Source: Macrostomum hystrix
Lineage: Eukaryota > Animalia > Platyhelminthes
Direction of reading: 5' to 3'
DNA length: 64,000 nt
Assembly (NCBI GenBank): GCA_950097015.1
Contig: CATNEN010000038.1
Coordinates: 27,776,001 to 27,840,000 of the forward strand
How positions within the stretch are numbered: the stretch's first letter is position 1; every line of letters begins with the position of its first letter. The notes under the pieces are model-generated. The model did no database searches. It was not told the origin of the DNA and saw only the letters and a list, made by a program, of their open reading frames with translations. Both the position numbers and the translations under genes were made by a program. Positions 59,205-64,000 of the stretch are shown here, piece by piece.

Positions 59205-59525
59205 CATGAGGATCTGGGATAATGTCTGACTCGAACTGACAATCTGGGAGAATGGTCTCAAACTGAGGATCTGTGTTAATTTCTGACTCAACCTGAGGAT
59301 CTGAGATAATGACTGACTCAAGCTGAGGATCTGAGATAATGACTGACTCAACCTGAGGATCTGAGATAATGACTGACTCAACCTGAGGATCTGAGATAAT
59401 GACTGACTCAACCTGAGGATCTGAGATAATGACTGACTCAAATTGAGGATTTAAGAGAATGACTGATTCAAACTGAGGGTCTGTGTTAATTTCTGACTCA
59501 AACTGAGGATCTAAAAGAATGTTTG
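59205..59525. repeat. 30-bp minisatellite (ACCTGAGGATCTGAGATAATGACTGACTCA)
   Basis: Directly visible. Confidence 0.9.
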
Positions 59526-59886
59526 ACTAAAAATACGGCGAGCCAAATTCACATCGGACGTATTGCCGGACATGTGACTACTTTCATTTATAGTCTTCTA
59601 ATTAAAGTTGTCACGGTTTCAAACTTACAGCTGTCATCTTCCTATTCCCGCTTGTGTTCTCTGCTGATTCTGTTAGACACTTGTCTCACCCCAATACAGT
59701 ATTTATGAAGCACAATTGCCCCTACGCCAAACTACGACATTGTTTACAACTGTCAACATAGGAATCGACAGTCTCATGACTCTAACAATAGGTCCAACTT
59801 TAACAATGCGATTTGACAGCTCTGCACTTGCACAAACGCATCCTTGGCCATTGTCACGACCAGGTGAGATTTCAGGTGTAGGTTCC

Positions 59887-61490
59887 AGTTTGGGATCGAG
59901 GATTCCCAGAAAGGATTATAGTTTGGGATCTAGAATTTCCAAAAAGGATTGTAGTTTGGGATCTAGGATTTCCAAAAAGGATTATAGTTTGGGATCTAGG
60001 ATTTCCAAAAAGGATTATCGGTTTGGATCTAGGACTTCCAAAAGGGATTCTAGTTTGGGATCTAGGATTACTAAAAAGGATTCTAGTTTGGGATCTAGGG
60101 TTACCAAAAGGGACTATCGGTTTGGATCTAGGATTTCCAAAAAAGATTATAGTTTGGGATCTAGGATTACCAAAAAGGATTATCGGTTTGGATCTAGGAT
60201 TTCCAAAAGGGATTATAGTTTGGGATCTAGGATTACTAAAAAGGATTCTAGTTTGGGATCTAGGGTTACCAAAAGGGATTATCGGTTTGGATCTAGGATT
60301 TCCAAAAAGGATTATAGTTCGGGATCTAGGACTTCCAAAAGGGATTCTAGTTTGGGATCTAGGATTACTAAAAAGGATTCTAGTTTGGGATCTAGGATTA
60401 CTAAAAAGGATTCTAGTTTGGGATCTAGGATTACTAAAAAGGATTCTAGTTTGGGATCTAGGATTACTAAAAAGGATTCTAGTTTGGGATCTAGGGTTAC
60501 CAAAAGGGACTATCGGTTTGGATCTAGGATTTCCAAAAAGGATTATAGTTTGGGATCTAGGATTACCAAAAAGGATTATCGGTTTGGATCTAGGATTTCC
60601 AAAAGGGATTATAGTTCGGGATCTAGGATTACTAAAAAGGATTCTAGTTTGGGATCTAGGGTTACCAAAAGGGACTATCGGTTTGGATCTAGGATTTCCA
60701 AAAAGGATTATAGTTTGGGATCTAGGATTACCAAAAAGGATTATCGGTTTGGATCTAGGATTTCCAAAAGGGATTATCGGTTTGGATCTAGGATTTCCAA
60801 AAAGGATTATAGTTTGGGATCTAGGATTTCCAAAAAGGATTATAGTTTGGGATCTAGGATTTCCAAAAAGGATTATAGTTTGGGATCTAGGATTTCCGAA
60901 AAGGATTATAGTTTGGGATCTAGGATTTCCAAAAAGGATTATAGTTTGGGATCTAGGATTTCCAAAAAGGATTATCGGTTTGGATCTAGGATTTCCAAAA
61001 GGGATTATAGTTCGGGATCTAGGACTTCCAAAAAGGATTATAGTTTGGGATCGAGGATTTCCGAAAAGGATTATAGTTTGGGATCTAGGATTTCCAAAAA
61101 TGATTATCGGTTTGGATCTAGGATTTCCAAAAGGGATTATCGGTTTGGATCTAGGATTTCCAAAAAGGATTATAGTTTGGGATCTAGGATTTCCAAAAAG
61201 GATTATAGTTTGGGATCTAGGATTTCCAAAAAGGATTATCGGTTTGGATCTAGGATTTCCAAAAGGGATTATAGTTCGGGATCTAGGACTTCCAAAAAGG
61301 ATTATAGTTTGGGATCTAGGATTTCCGAAAAGGATTATAGTTTGGGATCTAGGATTTCCAAAAATGATTATCGGTTTGGATCTAGGATTTCCAAAAGGGA
61401 TTATCGGTTTGGATCTAGGATTTCCAAAAAGGATTATAGTTTGGGATCTAGGATTACCAAAAGGAATTACAGTTTTAATTCTAGAATTTC
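59887..61490. repeat. 33-bp minisatellite (AGTTTGGGATCTAGGATTTCCAAAAAGGATTAT)
   Basis: Directly visible. Reverse-complement relative of the CDC25 intron-3 array. Confidence 0.95.
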
Positions 61491-62024
61491 AGTTTAAAAT
61501 CTTCGATTCCCCAATGGGATTCTGCTTTTGAGATCTAGGATTCTTAATTCTATAATTTTACTTTGGATTTTTCAATTTCGGCTTTCGATTTGCGAACCAG
61601 TTTGGGGTCTGTTTTTATTCAGAGATAAAATACCTTTTTATTCGGGTATCTTGCAGAGTAGCTCATCCCCTATCCCTTTAGCGCCCATTAATATAAGAAG
61701 TCGCATTGTAAAGTTGTTTCTGAAGTGACCTCGCCACTCATTTCATTCTGACACTAACGAACTTAGCAGAGAAAATTAATTCAATTGAAACATTTTTTCT
61801 ACCTTTAGCCTAAGGAACTTGTCTGCAGACTTTCACTTCTGACACTCAACTTAGACAATATTTATAGTTCATATTAGTATATTACGAATGTAATATTGAT
61901 CTATAAACCAACTAGATCGACTAAGATCGATTTTTTCTTTGGCTAAATTCGTTCGCTTTTCAAGTAGAGCCAAATTAACAAAATAAAAGTTTGACTAGTT
62001 TAAATGTAGTTTGTTGTGTCCAGT

Positions 62025-62745
62025 TTTGGGATCTAAGATTCTGATTTAGGGATCTGGGATTCTGATTTAGGCATCTAAGATTCTGATTTAGGGATCTGGA
62101 ATTCTGATTTAGGGATCTGGGATTCTGATTTAGGGATCTGGGATTCTGATTTTGGGATCTGGGATTCTGATTTGGGGATCTGGGATTCAGATTTAGGGAT
62201 CTGGAATTCTGATTTAGGGATCTGGGATTCTGATTTAGGGATCTGGAATTCTGATTTCGGGATATGGGATTCAGATTTGGGGATCTGGGATTCAGATTTG
62301 GGGATCTGGAATTCTGATTTAGGGATCTGGGATTGCGATTTGGGGATCTGGGATTCAGATATTGGGATCTGGGATTCTGATTTGGTTATCTGGGATTCTG
62401 ATTCGAGGATCTGCGATTCTATTAAGGGATCTGGGATTCCATTTTGGCGATCTGGGATTCCGATTTGGGGAACTGGGATTCGATTAGGAGATCCGATTTT
62501 CGATTTGGGGATCTGGGATTCAGATTTGGGAATCTAGGATTCTTATTTGGGTATCTGGGATTCAGATTTGGGAATCTAGGATTCTGATTTGGGGATCTAG
62601 GATTCTGATTTCGGGATCTAGGATTCTGATTTTGGGATCTGGGATTCCAATTTGAGGATCTGGGATTCCGATTTGGGGATCTGGGATTCCTTTTAAGGGA
62701 TCTGGGATTCCTTTTTAGGGATCTGGGATTCCGATATGGATTCCC
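62025..62745. repeat. 21-bp minisatellite (GGGATCTGGGATTCTGATTTR)
   Basis: Directly visible. Confidence 0.93.
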
Positions 62746-63139
62746 AATATTCAAATATATTACCTGAGATTTTTTTATTTAGTTATGAGAAGCTTGAAGT
62801 GCTTCCCAATGGATGCTAAAATATATCAATTGCGGATATTTTACGTTGCCTCTTGCCTAGTTCCCAAGCGCTGACTCAAACATTCGCGCCTTCATTGTTC
62901 ATTGTGATTAATGTCTTTAGTGCACTACGCGCCATATGATTCTATGAAAGTTATAAAACATCGGAAACAGCAGCTCAATCAAATAGGAATGTCCATCCAT
63001 TTAAATACCTGCGTGCTCTCTATTTTTACTGATTATTAAGGAAACTAAAACGTAGTTAAAATTTATATTATAAAGTACATTGTCACGAGTTGACTTGGGA
63101 TCTTTACAAGATCTAGGATCAAGATCTGTGATTTTCAGA

Positions 63140-63505
63140 TATGGGAACTTTAGATCTGGGATCTTTAGATCTAGGATATTTAGTATTGGGATCTTTAGTA
63201 CTGGGATCATTAGTACTGGGATCTTTAGATCTGGGATCTTTAGATCTAGGATATTTAGTATTGGGATCTTTAGTACTGGGATCATTAGTATTGGGATCTT
63301 TAGATCTGGGATCTTTAGTACTGGGATCTTTAGATCTGGGATCTTTAGTACTGGGATCTTTAGTGCTGGGATCTTTAGTACTGAGATCTTTAGTATTGGG
63401 ATCTTTAGTACTAGGATCTTTACTACTGGGATCTTTAGTACTGGGATCTTTAGTACTGGGATCTTTACTACTGGGATCTATAGTACTGGGATCTTTAGAT
63501 TCGGA
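63140..63505. repeat. 15-bp minisatellite (GGGATCTTTAGTACT)
   Basis: Directly visible. Confidence 0.93.
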
Positions 63506-64000
63506 ATATTTAGGTATTGAGATAATACGAGCGTATATTAGTTATGGATTAGTCGTGGATTAGCCAAATCCCATGGACCGGAAAGCGGCAAGCATCTATT
63601 AGCGAACCAATCTCAGAGCGTGACTGTTATTAACCTGCCTCACATCCCGAATAAAAAAAGAACAATAATTTTGGGGATAAAACTATTGCCATTTCAATCG
63701 TTGTTAGATTAGATAGTCATTTCTAGCCTAAAACAATGTAGATTATTCCTGTTTTTTTACAAGCATCCATTTGATATTTTTTGGTTGGTAGAGACACTGC
63801 AGTCAGTTCCCTGTGTGACCGCTTGAAGCCTAGGGGTTTGAGTCAACTTTGCTTTGAGTATGCAGAGTGTGTGTTTTGTCTGCTGCTGGGGGCAAATGAT
63901 CTGCATGGCCTACAGAACCTGGCGTGCAGCTCATATTTTTTATAGCCATCATCCCATCGCTCATGCTTAACTCTATAGATGTCCCTGCTACTACAGCACA

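Noticed and set aside
59716-63563. Long repeat ORFs (593, 502, 146, 140 aa)
   Set aside because: Satellite units are multiples of 3 and open in several frames. No independent evidence of coding.

Overview
Eukaryotic (animal, invertebrate-like) genomic DNA with spliceosomal GT-AG introns, AT-rich spacers and many minisatellites. The style recalls a free-living flatworm such as Macrostomum, but that is only an impression. Genes rebuilt by hand with phase-consistent splice sites: (1) the 3' part of a + strand gene (1-2083) whose product resembles, by eye, both the N-terminal domain and one I-repeat of vertebrate TFII-I/GTF2I; (2) an apparently intact 10-exon, 781-aa KDZ (Kyakuja-Dileera-Zisupton) transposase on the - strand (7280-12021), convergent with gene 1, with a transposon-like end at ~15970; (3) an aminergic-like class A GPCR (19725-24218, -); (4) two near-identical phosphoglycerate mutase genes in a 7.54-kb tandem duplication with a 15-bp junction insert; (5) a Cdc25 phosphatase (51656-57570, +). 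Also present: a decayed Tc1/IS630-type transposon with TA target duplication, a truncated RNase H-bearing LINE plus three copies of its 3' end, tRNA-derived SINEs, MITEs, LTR remnants and about 20 tandem arrays. Best candidate for a new system: a two-gene KDZ DNA transposon carrying a TFII-I-like accessory gene.
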